Assembly: GCA_047495785.1 (NCBI GenBank)
Contig: JBLDXI010000074.1
Span: 1,240,001 to 1,304,000, forward strand
Length of the DNA: 64,000 bases
Source: Lepidodermella squamata
Taxonomy: Eukaryota; Animalia; Gastrotricha
Direction of reading: 5' to 3'
The position numbers and the translations under genes are program-made. The stretch's first letter is position 1; each line of letters starts with the position of its first letter. This document shows, piece by piece, positions 27,901 to 40,618 of this stretch. Under the pieces are notes generated by a model, which did not search any database, was not told where the DNA came from, and saw only the letters and a program-made list of their open reading frames with translations.

Positions 27901-30900
27901 TGTATTTAATAATTTTCTCCTTATTTTTTCTTTCAGGCCAATGTCGGGCGATCACGGCATTGAGGCGCCAGTTGTAATGCGCGTCGACCGGCCATCGGCG
28001 ACGAACCACGGCGCAGTCGACGTGCACTGGGACTTCAAGCCGCCGCAGAACCTGCCGCGCGACGCCCTCGTCGGCTTCTCCGTCGAGTTCTGCCGCCACC
28101 CGTGCCTCAACAACCAGTGGCAAATCGGCGCAACGGTCAACGCCACGCAACGCAACGCGCTCTTCTTCGTCATTGCGCCTGCCGGCCACCAGCGCAAGTT
28201 CTCGCTGAGCGAACTCGGCGAGGCGAGCTCTTACGTGTTCCGCGTGGTGGCGCGGTTCCGGGCGCCCTTCTTCGCGCCCTTCGCCGGCATGCTGGCCGGC
28301 AACGCGAGTCAATTGGCGGTGCAGTTCGAGCCGCTGCCGCCGCCCGGCCTCGTCAAGGCGATGGCGATCGGGCCGGAGCGCATCGCGGCCGTGTGGGCCG
28401 ACTCGCAGCAGCTCGAGGCGCTGGTAAGTCGAAACACGCGACGCGCATCTGTCATCGCAGAGACTAAGCTATACTTAGGGTAGTGGTGTAGCTGGGCGGG
28501 GTCGATAGCGTGATAATTGAATAAGGCGCGGCCTGCAATTAATACCGACGCTCAGACGTGCACAATTGATACGTTGTGTGCAGAAGTGATTTTGCGGGGT
28601 TATGATTACCCAACGGATCATATGCGCGATTGTGTGTAGAAATTTTGATTGCGATTTGATCCTCCTTGCGTGCGTGCACGCATGCGCTCTCGGGTTCAAG
28701 TGAGCGGGCACGCGGCTCAAATGTTATTTCGCGCAATTGAGTAGCCGCCGTTTGACTCGATTTTGGCAATGGTGGTGGTGTGAAATGTGATCAAAATTGG
28801 TTTTATTAGATTTCATCCATGTCCATGGGTGGATTTTTTTCATGCGCAAGGAGATGATTCGATTGTTTGAAACTTGCACTGACCAATTGATGCGGCAAAT
28901 GAGCGGCCATTGTAATTTTCACGTCCGAAAATAAGTAAGATAATTCTTTAAAATTGAGGAAAAAATTGAGCAAAATTGGATAAAAATAATTTAGATCAAG
29001 ATTGGATCAAGTTGATCATCCTGTTAAATTTCAAGTACTCGGCCGTGAAGTTGGGGAAAAATGTGCACCTAGGCTTTTCTTAAGCAGATTTATTTCCGAG
29101 TATCACATCTGAGCTATTTTCGAATTTGATCGTAATTTGATTTGGTTTCAGAAGTTGATCAAATTTTACTCTTGAATTGATCTTTATATGATTTAGTTGG
29201 AAGAAAACTCGAATCGAATTTGATTCGAATTTTTCTCGATCAAATAAAGAAAAAACAATTAGCCAGATGAAAATTAATTCAGCTAATGATGAATGAAAGA
29301 TCCATTTTAGCTTGAAGATCGAGAAACTCATCAGTTTAGCCGCTGCTGGGCGAGTATTTAGAGCAGTTTTGACTGTGAACCAGCCACCTTCTTCAAGCAA
29401 TCCGACCAGATCTATGATGATAGCTTTGCGAAATTTTATCGAGAAATTAAAAAAATTCGAATTGAAATTGATGATGAAAGCTCGGCAGTGATATAATTAA
29501 GGGTTAAGGGTTAAGTTTGTTTGATCCCTTAGAGATATAAAAATAGCTCAAGTTCGGTTTTTGAGACGTTACTAATTATTTCTATTATTTTCGATTCAAG
29601 GTGCCGAATATTCGCGACACGCTGTGGTACGAAGTGCAATGGCGGCCGCTGGGCTCGCAAAACGGCGATACGTCCAACGTGTACGAAGTTCAACACTTCA
29701 GCGTCCGCAAGCCGGTGTCTTCGATCAAGAATCTGCCGCACCGAGTGTCGCCCTTCGTCGTCATCACCGACCTGTCGCCGTCGACTTTCTACGAACTGCG
29801 AGTTCGCTACATCCGCCTGTCGGACGCGCTGTCCCAGGTCGAACCCGTCTCGCCGTGGTCGGCGTCGGTGCACGCTGAGACCGCGTTGAAAGGCTCCCCG
29901 CTGCTACTGGACACCTTGAACATGTCGCCTGAACACCAGGCCATCTCGATAAATGCCCTATTCCACCCGAATAAGAACGACATGTCGTCGACGCTGCCGA
30001 ACAGGGCGAGTGAGGGTGTGTTAGGCGCGTCGTCCGAATTGCTCTACACAGTGCTCGGCATTGTGATGGGCTGTCTTGTCATCACCCTGATCGTATTCGT
30101 TGTGCTGTGCGCGTTGCGGCAGAAACGCCAGCGGAAGTACATTCAAAACATGCGGCGGCAGTTGAATAGGCTGCCGAGTAAGGAGAATTTGAACCGGCTG
30201 CTGACGCCGGCGCACTCGAAGATGCCGAGCCCGCCGACGCAGGAGTCGACGCCGAACGGCAACTTCCAGCCGACGCCGTCGCATTTTGCCCACCAGCTCG
30301 GCATTTTCACGGGCTCGGCGCTGTCGAGTCCGACGGCGGTGAGCGCGGCGCTGGCGGCCGACATTTCCGATAACATCCTGATTGCGTCGGGCAACGGCGG
30401 GCTCGGCTCGTCTGATGCGAATCGGCCCAAGTTGGGCACGAGTAAGCTGGGCGGCAACAACGCGTATGGCACCATGTCGCGGAAACCGGCTCAGTCGCCT
30501 CTCGTCGCTCACAATCCTTACTACAGGTGAGTGAAGCTAGTTCGAAAAGTGAAAATAGTGTCGTAATTCTGAAATTTCTTTTTCTCATGATTTACTAGTG
30601 AAACCAATTTTCAAACTATCGTACCCCTTCGAAAACATTCGAACAATTCAAAACTAAATTATTTCGTTTCAAATCCGTTTTTTGACAGTCAGTTCAACTT
30701 TCGGAATTTTCTTGTTGAAAATGTGACAATTATAACAGGAAATTTTGGAAGGGTCAAAATATTTGAGCCACTAAAAATGAGGTTCCAGCACTAGACTGAA
30801 CCTGGTTTATCATTTCAGTAGTTGTTGGGTTCCAAATCGGTTGATATCGGAAAATTCATTGCCTTGTGAAAAGCATGTTCCCGTGATTTCTTTTTCGGAG

Positions 30901-32536
30901 TTCGCATATCAATCAAATTATTACAAAATTTAATGAATTTTCATGCAAATTTCCAAGTTAATAGACGAATTTTCTGCAAGTTCTGCCATCATCGGTTTAT
31001 GATTCGGTCATTTTTAAATGAAATATTTTTTCTATTTTCAGGACTCTGGACAGCCATCGAATGTTCTCGAACGGCGGCGGGTTGTCGCAGAACAAATTTG
31101 TCGGCGGTGGCGGCGGTTCGAAAAACGGCACGCCGGTGCACGGCGCGGCCGAACTCAGCCAGCCGCTCCTCACCACGGCCGAGTCGGCCTTCGTCGAGCC
31201 GCCGTACGAACTGCCGTCAGCTGTCGTCGCGCAGCAGCAACAGCAACGCCTCATCCTAGCGAACCAACACGCGCTGGCCGGGCTCGGCGGGCCGCCGTTG
31301 TCGGTCGCCGCCGCGTCGCAGCCGGCCGGCGCAGGCAATTCGGTCGCGCAGCACTACTCGACGTACTCGACGTTCGGCCGTAAGAACCCGCTGAGTACCA
31401 CTGGCATGGGTGCTGTTGGTGGCAATCGGCTGATGAATGGCGGGCTGTCGTCGAACATCGGCTCGAATGCGTCGAATCTCTACTTCAATGATGGTAAAAC
31501 TAAGTTCTAATTAACTATGAATGAAAAAATAGGCACTAAACTCATCAAAATCAAATCCGATTGAAATTCAGTCAATGATTCTGTAAACCCTTGACTTCAT
31601 TTTTCACTATTTTCTCTCAATTAGGTGGCGTGCCGGAGGGCGTGGCGTTGTCTGAAATGGGCGTCACAGCGAATGGCATTTTCCTGAGCGACAACGGCGC
31701 CGTGGACGCGTCGGGGCGCCTCGGCATGCCCGTGCCGTCGTCGTCCGTGAAAAGCTCCTCCACGTCGTCGCCATCTGCCCACAACGGCAACTCCAACTCC
31801 AACAACAACAACAACAACAACGGGAATAACACTGCGAATAACAGCAGCAGCAACTTCACGATGCAACTCGGCTCGCTCGCCTTTGTGCCGCACTCGTCGA
31901 ATCTGCACAGCAACGCGAGTAGCAGCAACGGCTTTTTGAACGGCGGCGGAGGCGGAGGCGGGCCGCATTCCATCATCAGCGGCAGTGATCAAAATGGTAA
32001 GCAAGAAACAAATTTCGAATGTCCAATTCACTTTCGGAGAAATTATTTTGCCAACATTTCATGATTGAATTTAAATGCAACTAATTGGGCCTAGACGGCC
32101 TAGACCCTTTTACGGTCTAATATTTTCAGCCGAACCAATTAAGGAAACGACGAAACTAGTCGGGAAATCGAAACACGTATTACATTTTGTTTGATCCACC
32201 TTGCAAAACACGTGGAAAAACACCTGTGGATTCTGTAAAAATCAGTTAGGTACTGTACTTACGCTTTGAAGCCTTGAAATTCTTCAGCATGTAGTTTTGC
32301 TATTCAAATTTCAAATTTCTCGCCTTATCGTAATTCTGATTTTAATTTTAATATTTGTTTTTGCAGTTGAAGATTCGAACACGAACTTCAGCGTCGAAGT
32401 GGCGCCGAACGGCATGTCGCAGCGGTACAGCAAAACCAGCAACAGCAACAACTTGCCCCAATCATCGCACCACCTGCAGCTCGGCAACGGCTCCGCGTCG
32501 TACCGCCCGCCGCCTCAACTCTCGTTTCTGACATGA
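21948..32536 (+). CDS. Ig-FnIII single-pass receptor, Ihog/Boi/CDON/BOC-like (putative exons 21948-21978, 23361-24011, 24888-25424, 26606-27041, 27937-28423, 29601-30526, 31042-31493, 31625-31996, 32367-32536)
   Basis: About 4 Ig domains (GVYHC, DSGIYAC, DSGVYQC), FnIII repeats (SSYVFRVVA, LSPSTFYELRV), TM LLYTVLGIVMGCLVITLIVFVVLCAL and a low-complexity tail. Splice phases are consistent; the first exon is tentative. Confidence 0.8.
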
Positions 32537-33587
32537 TCCAAGTTTTAGCTATTAGAAATTAATAGTACATCATACGCAAATTTCACCTCTTTTCCTCGTT
32601 TAATTCGAGGAAATGTATATCGCAACCCCGTTTCACGCTTGAGTGAGCAGAACAAGTATCTGATTTCAAGACTCATCAACTTTCCGCGCCGGTGCTATTG
32701 AGAAGAAGAAAAATACATAATTGCGCCTGAAATTTGTATCAATAATTATGAATATTTGCCGAATAATAATAATGAGAATTTTTGCGCTTCAAATAATAAT
32801 TGTTCCCCCACTTCTCTTCCTACTCCTCCTCTTCTTGTTTTTGGTTTTTTTTCTGTCGTTGGTACATAGGTACATTGGTACATTTTTATTGTCTTTATTT
32901 GGTCTCACGATCTTGCAAAAAATTCGTTTTGTTGTGACTTGGTTTTTTCGAGTCAATTGATTACCTAATTGCCTTACATGAAATTTGAACAAACAAACTG
33001 AAATAATGACGATGCATAATTTCTTCCCCTTTTGCTATTGCTCGCTCTACTTTTTCTAATTGGTTTTCCTACGATGATGCTTTTATTCTCTCTCCTCGTC
33101 TCTCGTTCTTCTTATCAATGATGATCATAATTGTTGATCGGTTTTTTTGTTTTCACGATACTTGAGATGATGCAGAAGTTGTAAACAAAATGAGCTTTAC
33201 GATAGAAATGAAACTCAACAAATTTTTGTGTTTTTTCCTGTTTTTTTTACTTGCAACTTTCAGGTTGGTACATCAGATTATATGAATAAAAAATTACAGA
33301 ACTATAGTGAAGGCTCGAACTTGCGTCGGAAGGTTTCAAGGGTCGAGTAGCTGCTTTTAAAGCTTAAAATGGAGCTTGAACTAGAGGAAGCCAAGATCTT
33401 TGTAAGAATATACAACTGCCAAGTCGTTGCTCCTCGTTGAGTCGCCCATGAAACCGACTTGGCGATAGCAATATTAGGCGAGTCAGCTCGTTCTCCCATC
33501 GGTGGACGTCGTCGCCACTCTACCACCGCTACCGGCCGGGAGAAGAGCATATTTTCGAATGCTAAAATCTGTATATTTGTAGCTGTA

Positions 33588-34330
33588 CCGTAATGGTGGT
33601 TATTTTGGACAAAAACATGGTTTTCAGCTCTAGAAAATCAGGAAAAAATTATAATAATGTGAAACTTTCAGGGCATGAGGGGGGGACCACATCCGATCTC
33701 TGGGCAAAATTTGGTAATTTTCTCATTTTACCTTGATTTTATAAAAATGGTGCTGGTTAGGCTAAATTTGGACACTTATGGGGTAAATTTGGACACTTCA
33801 TTAGCATATTCATAATTGTCGGAATGCGTGCGGAACTTGAAACTTTTCTTGAAATTCCTAAAAAAATGCGCACATGGTGCAAAGAAACTGATGACGTCAT
33901 CCAAACTCGATTCAAATTTTTTCCCGCTATTTTTCTCTCAACGCATTTATTATGTCCAAACTTACCCTACGTGTGGCCTAAACTTTGAGGTCACCTGTAC
34001 CGAATTCCCGTCGACAAAGGTCAATTATTTTTTTGCCAGTCGAGAGTTCATGGTGTCAGTTGCCACTGGTAAAAATTTCAAGTCGAGATATATTCAGATT
34101 GGGAATTAGGGGGTCCCAAATCGACGTTTAGAGAGATCCTACCTTATCAATTTTTGTTGAAGACAGGTAACTTCCATTATACCTCGTATTTGGTACCGTT
34201 GGAAAGCCCAACTCTCAAGGAATCTGAGGATTTTTACCGATATTTTTATTCACCCTCCTGATCGAGCACAATTTAGCTGATAAGGTGTAGTGTCCAAATT
34301 TAGCCTGTCCAAAATTACCCAGCGTTACGG
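33588..34330. mobile_element. Non-autonomous Tc1/mariner-pogo-like DNA transposon (MITE)
   Basis: TA|CCGTAA...TTTTGGACA at the left end, TGTCCAAAA...TTACGG|TA at the right end; internal AAATTTGGACAC repeats. Confidence 0.75.
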
Positions 34331-35033
34331 TATCTATTTTCTGTTGCGAATAAAAAAACCCTCAGCGTTCAACATTGTGACTTCGGATGGAAAATTAGAA
34401 TGATTCAAAATAAAAAGGGTGCACATAATTATGTGTTACTTTATCCCTATTTGTGCAAAACCTTTTCAAAACTAACCCAAATCCCAATCCTAACCCTAAC
34501 CCTAACCCCAGGAAAACCCCGAATATCATTAGAAGGCAGTATGACTCATTTCGCACCACCAAATCGCGAATGTTGTTCATTTCGATCGAGTAGTCGTGCA
34601 TTTCAACATTGAACGCAGAATAAAAGTCAAAATGCACTACTGTCAAGTGCAAGGCTGAACAATGCAACCCCGCAGCGGGAAACATTTTTCTCCCACCCGC
34701 GTTAGTATTAGCCGGCCTGAAGAATAATATTTCCTATTGCAGTAGATATTGTCTGTTAGCCAGCATCGCATCATCTCATCAAACACCGGTTTCTTGGGTA
34801 AATAAACAGCTAAATTTAATCAAACTCGCTGGCGATGATCGCAAACGTGCAGGATGCCGCTCGCCTACTCCGCCATCAAGTGCATCGGTATCTACGAAAC
34901 ACAAGAGTGCACCTCGTATGCCATACGCTTAACACAGGTTTACTCAGTTGGCGGGGTTTGGCAGGGAGATGCTTATAAAATGGCAAGGCTCCGCAGTATA
35001 ATGCATTCTTTCGTTTAAAATTTTCTTTCAAAT

Positions 35034-35314
35034 ATGAACAAGACCCTCCTTTTCACCCTCGCAGTGGTAGGTTTCCCCCTTACATGAGATCTGATGATAT
35101 TTATGTAAATATATATATTATGTTCAATTAACAGGTTTTCGCCGCTGTGCTAGCTGTATCAGCAGAGGAAGAATCAGCGCGTGGAGGTTCAATGACAGGC
35201 GGCCGTGAGGCTGCTTACGAAGAAGAATCAGCTCGTGGAGGTCATCCAGGTGGCCGTGAGGCTGATTTCGAAGAAGAATCAGCTAGGTCGCCATCGAAGA
35301 GGCCTGCGAAGTAA
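35034..35314 (+). CDS. Secreted multi-peptide precursor, family B copy B1 (exons 35034-35066, 35135-35314)
   Basis: MNKTLLFTLAV|VFAAVLAVSA-EEESAR-GGSMTGG-REAAYEEESAR-GGHPGG-READFEEESAR-SPSKRPAK*; TATAAAA near 34975, AATAAA near 35468. Confidence 0.85.
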
Positions 35315-36489
35315 AATTGAATCTAAATGCGAGCAGCTTTGAAGCACTTGTGTGGAGCCGTCAACTTTTTGCCAGCTTTGATTTGCTTTTATGTGGTCGT
35401 AGTTAAGGTCATGGTATTGCACCCATCAACTTCTCTTGAATTGATTGTCTCATGATGCGGTTATTGGAATAAATGCTTAATGGCACTCATTCGCCAGGCT
35501 TCAGTTTTTAAAATCGAGAATGCGGTGATTGCCGATCGCCACTTTCCCTCTGCTTTTGGATTCGCGAGAAGGAATAGAACTTTAACGCATTTTATAACAC
35601 CTATTCTCGAAAACGCTGCCTCTCGTAAACTTCGACTCGTGATTATTACGCGTTTTCTCGCTTAGAATCAAAACTCGGTGTTCTAACATATATTAGTATT
35701 AATTTTGTATATTTTACAAAGTGCGGCAAAATCGCAGCGATTGACAAGCGATCCCGGGTGGGTACTTCACCTCAATGTATCTCAATGTATCTCTTTTGTT
35801 GGTTTGATCCACCTTAATACATCTAGCACCTCCGCCACGTAAAAAAGTGGCCGCAAGCGAGGAAGTGGGGCAAAGCGGAAACGCGGCAGGCCTGCTAAAG
35901 TGAACAGCAGCACCCACAACAGCACCTAAGATGCGCGGTCAACAGGCGTTGAGCAAACAACTCGCTGATTAAAACTTCTAGTTTCCGATAGGAGTTTCAT
36001 CATCATCTCTGGTATCTCTATTCTCTATGATTGCATCATTTAAAAATTCCCCACGCAATAAATTCTGATAGTATTATTTTCTTATGCACAGTTGATCAAC
36101 ACTTTCCCTCTGCTTTTGGATTCGCGAGAAAGAAGAGAAACGCTTTCGTTTGATATTTTTCCCTTTGCCCTAACATTGGGGTATTTATAACTTGTTCTTG
36201 AAAGAGTTGTGTTCAACGAACGACCTATTAATAAGTACTAAAAGTTAGCGGTATCCTTTCAAAAGCTGCGCATGATTTTTCGATTAGCCGACCGACTATG
36301 GCATATTTACGTCTGATGACACTTGATGCTGGAAACATAGACAAATAATAAGAGACTGGACACTCACGCTTATTTAATACTGCCGAAATCAAAATTTTTT
36401 ATTTTCATCCGCACACTGACTTTGTGTTTTAATTGCGCCTTGAGTTTTCACGATGCAGAGATATGGTTTCACGACCTAGTGCAACTTTT

Positions 36490-38642
36490 CACGCTCTATT
36501 CAACCATATAAATTTTGAAGCTGTATCATAAAAATTTCCTCGAAAATGAGGGCTTTAAAAACTTTGAGAGCCTGCCTTGCAATTTGCCCCATCTCGGATT
36601 CCAGAATGGTACTAATGGTATCAATGCAGTATTTTATGAGCTTTCTTTTGATACCAAAATTATGTGGTGCATACTCGTGATAGAGAGAGAGAGAGATACC
36701 GATTTATTGGTGGTCTGCGTTACATAATTCTTAGTAACATTGCCTTTAAGACACAGAGATATGAATTAATTAACTTCAGTATAGGTGATATTTCTTAATA
36801 ATAAGTATTGGTTATTTATCGTTGGTTGGAATATAGATGGTGGTGAAGAATTCGAATACTGTCTTTGAGGGCCTGTGAAGCGATATCGATGGCTGTGCCG
36901 GCGTTGATTCCATAATCGCGCAGAAGTTTTACGGCTTCTGTTGTCAGGGATCCGCGGGCACCGATATATAGTCCATGTACTTCTATTGAATCTAGGTTGT
37001 ATGCTTCGCAAATAAACTTGCTACATGGCTCGTATATTGCGCGTTTTTCCGCATCGACCAATTCGAATTGGTTTTGCGAAGACTCGCATCTGATAGTTGG
37101 ATCAATAATTATTCCTGTTCGGCTTCCTTTTCGGAGGGCTAGGATATCAAAGCGGCGAGAAGAGCCGTTGCTGGCTACACAATGTCCTTCCTCAGTGACA
37201 TTATATCCCTGGCCGCGCAATTCGCTCGCTATTTTCTGGCGGATTTTGTTATGTCTCGAAGTGATTAGCAACGAGTTGTAGGGGCAGGCGCCAAGGACGT
37301 GAGCAAGAGATCCAATCTCAGCGCCGCATCGACGACACTGGTTTCCGTCCTGACTGACACCTGGTACCCCTCTAACCGGAGCCGTGTTTGTAGACATTTT
37401 GATCGCCATGGTCCATTCAGCAACGCTTAGCCCATTTCTCCGAAAAACCCAATTGTTTGTTTTGGGCACGCATTTGAACTGGGCAACTCCTCTCCCTTTT
37501 TGATCCAAGCTGCACCATGCTTCAAATTCTCGCAGTCGAAGAGTGCTACGTATAATCTTAGCATTCGGAGGAAGATTTTTCTCCGGGTCGAATCGATCAT
37601 CGTTTTCCAATTCCTCATCCAGATTCTGATCAAGCTCATCATTGTTAAGGTCAACATCAAGTTTCGCTAGACATTCTTCCATTTCCTTCTCAAGGTTTCT
37701 GCAGGCCAGTACCGGGGGTTCGCCGTTAACTAACAATTTTCTACAAATATTATATATTTGAAGATAAGCTTCCCAAGTAGCTTTCGGAAGGCCAAGACCA
37801 CGATGTTTACGAGCAGCATAGAAGAAGCTAGTGGGCGTGCTTGTAGGCAAACCGACGCATTCTTTAACGACGCTACGCATAATGACGTCAACGGATTCCA
37901 AAAATGTTTTCCTGATCGCTTTAATTGGCGCCGTTTGAAACGGATAAATAAGCTTTGGCCAGATGAACTGAGTCACAATAGTCAGTTTTTGGTCTGCTAG
38001 TAATAGGAGTGACGAAAAAGTTAAAAAGGCTATTTTTTGTTGCGCGTTTTGATATGTGAGCCGCGACAAGTGAAAACCGTAATTTACGAACAATTTGAGT
38101 TCATTTCATGGTCTACTACAGTTTTTCATGCCGATTTCAAATCTGAAACCCGTTTTTCAATATCTTTTACCGTTCTCAAGATCTAAGCACAATTGAGTGT
38201 GCGCACATTACAAATGCAATTTTTCAGAAGAAGCAAAAAATAAACTCATAGATTTACGAACATATTTCCTTTAGGTATAGCGAATTGCAACACCTCATTC
38301 AGCGGTTTTTATGACCTACTAGGGCAGTTTGAGTCCTAGATTCCGAATTTTGCACTATTAAGAGCCCAATTTCCACCGATCTACCTAAAATTGGATTAAT
38401 AAACCACTTAATCAAATTTGCTTTTTCGTTTTTATTAAACTGTGAAAGCCCATGTAAATACGCACCTCGTGATTTTTGTATCAAAAGAAAGCTCATACAA
38501 TTCTGCATCGATGCCATTAGCACCATTCTGGAATCCGAGATGGGGCAAATTACAAGGCAGGCTCTCAAAGTTTTTAAAGCCCTGATTTCCGAGGAAATTT
38601 TTATGATACAACTTCAAAATTTATATGGTTGAATAGAGCGTG
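36490..38642. mobile_element. DNA element with about 190-bp terminal inverted repeats (CAC...GTG ends) hosting a retrotransposon fragment
   Basis: About 36490-36675 is the reverse complement of about 38457-38642; no clear TSD. Confidence 0.7.
36681..38030 (-). mobile_element. 5'-truncated non-LTR retrotransposon with restriction-like endonuclease (R2/NeSL/HERO/CRE group)
   Basis: RT thumb (GLGL), CCHC knuckle CRRC...HVLGAC, RHN, RFDI...IIIDPTIR...EKRAIY; 3' AATAAA followed by a (TC)n tail. Confidence 0.88.
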
Positions 38643-38839
38643 AGCTACTGCCTTTTATGGTCAAGGCTCGTCCACAGCCGATGAAAACTGTCGTTGCAAC
38701 GCCAGGATATAGTGAGGGCTGATATTTGCAAATTTCCTTAAGAATGTGCTTAAGGAGGAATTTTAAATTGTAAATTCGAATAATTTCGGCAGTATTGCAA
38801 AGGCAAGAGTGTCTAGTCTCTTATTATTTCTCTATGGCT

Positions 38840-39215
38840 GGAAAGAATTTATCTGGGCCATAACGAGACTGCTGATAGTTGCGCAGAGTTGCGCGTCTTA
38901 GGCATTCACTTTGACACGAAGCAGTCGTGGAAGCCCCACATGGACCGTACTCTGAGCGGCTGCGGGCAAAACCTTTCTTGGTAACACATTGTCGTTCGGC
39001 GCCCTGGGCTCTCCTTCCGCTGGCGACGTGCCAGCTATACCTCGCTCTCGTCCGCTCGATCGCCTCTTTCGGATGCGTCGTCTTTTCGTCCGCTGCAAAG
39101 CAACAGTTGTGCCGCCTCGACGTCCTCCAGAATAAGTGCATGCGTGCTATGCTAAAAGTTCGCCTCGCTGACCGTGTTCGCATCACCGAACTTGAGCGGC
39201 GTTGCCGCCTGCCTA
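38840..39215 (+). mobile_element. Degenerate LINE RT C-terminal fragment
   Basis: LYLALVRSIASFGCVVFSSAAKQQLCRLDVLQNKCMR resembles the post-RT region of LINE ORF2. Confidence 0.6.
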
Positions 39216-39224
39216 GCCTTTCAG

Positions 39225-39345
39225 TAAAATTTGTCTAAAGTTTAACTTACTCGGATCCCACTCAAACAGCGTCATATCGGAGTCGAGGCCTGAGTTTTCA
39301 CTTTGAACACTTCCAAAATCGCCATTGCCAACACTCTGGATTGAT
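39225..39345 (-). pseudogene. Rearranged partial RBM42 copy (parts of exon 2 plus the intron 2 donor)
   Basis: Encodes DMTLFEWDPSK, matching about 14690-14745, fused to sequence matching about 14975-15020. Confidence 0.75.
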
Positions 39346-39808
39346 GGCGCTTCAACAAAGAGCGAAATGTCCCGAATCTTGCTTGGCAAAGATCTTGCTG
39401 GACATGAAAATACGCGATATCGCATAACAACGGTCCCCTTCTGACTTATGCCAGTTTAAAATTCAGCTGAATGAAATTGAACGTTCTACTTTCCCGCTTT
39501 AACCCCCCCTCCCTATTCATCCTCCATCTCGGCTTCCCGTCTCGCAGTCTCGTCCGTTAAATAAGATGATTCTCATCTTCTTACATTCAATTCATTAACT
39601 TCATTTTAGCAACACTAAGAAAACGCATCCTAGCGCAGAACGCGGCTGATCCAACAATGGGAAGCTCGCTAGGTTATCGTTTTCGCCACGTTTTTTAGAA
39701 TGTTCACGTGAAATTCACGCCAAGGAGCCTATAAAACTGCGAGCTTGCCGACCGAAATTTCACTTTCGACTTCTCTGGCATCAAACTGATATTTTCTCAC
39801 ACTAGAAA

Positions 39809-39980
39809 ATGAACAAGTTCTTGTCTTGCGCCGTCCTTGTTGTAGGCATTTTGCTGAATCTTAGATGATTGATGCATAGTTCCGTTGCATTTTTAGGCTT
39901 TCGTCGTTGTGCTGTCATCTGCCCACCCGGGTGCTCGTGTTGTCGCGCAAAACTCTCTCGAATGCTACCATTGGTATTGA
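39809..39980 (+). pseudogene. Family A copy A3: promoter and signal peptide intact, helical domain missing (exons 39809-39841, 39897-39980)
   Basis: MNKFLSCAVLV|AFVVVLSSAHPGARVVAQNSLECYHWY*; upstream 39445-39808 and the intron closely match A2. Confidence 0.75.
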
Positions 39981-40579
39981 ATATACATCACAGCTCTACT
40001 GTTTCTTAAAAGTTCTAGCATACTTTTCGGTTGTGAAAAATATCGTTATACACTTTTCTATCGTGCACATTGGGCATTATTATATAGTGTGCACGACGGC
40101 CGTGCACGATGAAAATGTCAGTCTCACTTTTGTCAGGCTTTAAAAATCATTTCGGTCGATTTTAAAAATAACCGGGCAGAATAAACCGGTTAAATTTTAT
40201 ATCAGCATTATCGGGCTAAGGAGGTCTATGTAATGGATCAGATCATTTATTTACAATTTGTCGCGTTTAAAATTTAGCTGTGCACGACGGATCTTGCACG
40301 ACCTAGTAAGGACCAGTAATTAAATCGCCGATAATTACCGCGCCCGTACTCAAACATATATAATATAGGGAATAGTGCGCGCACCTTGATTGAGGTTATT
40401 AGCGCGCGCGGGACGCTGTACTCAAACATGAAACCGTATTTATTACCTTAAAAATCGGTAAAATCAGAAATAATATTTCTTGTTTTGAGATTTTAATTTT
40501 AATTTTTATTGGACGCGCCTCCTTCGTCGGCGCGAGCGCGCTATTTTAATTTCTACCAACTGACCCATCCTTCTCATTT

Positions 40580-40618
40580 CTACATTTTTGATCTATAGCC
40601 ATCAAGGCCGAGAAGCGT
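40580..40618 (-). ncRNA. U2 snRNA 5'-end-like fragment (non-functional)
   Basis: Minus strand ACGCTTCTCGGCCTTGATGGCTATAGATCAAAAATGTAG resembles U2 nt 1-36. Confidence 0.55.

Noticed and set aside
34488-34510. Short (TAACCC)n tracts, also near 17967 and 29500
   Set aside because: Only 2-4 degenerate units; too short to call interstitial telomeres.
36311-36340. CTGATGA...GAAA hammerhead-like core, also at 42941
   Set aside because: No convincing stems I/III; the second copy lacks GAAA; better explained as duplicated flank.
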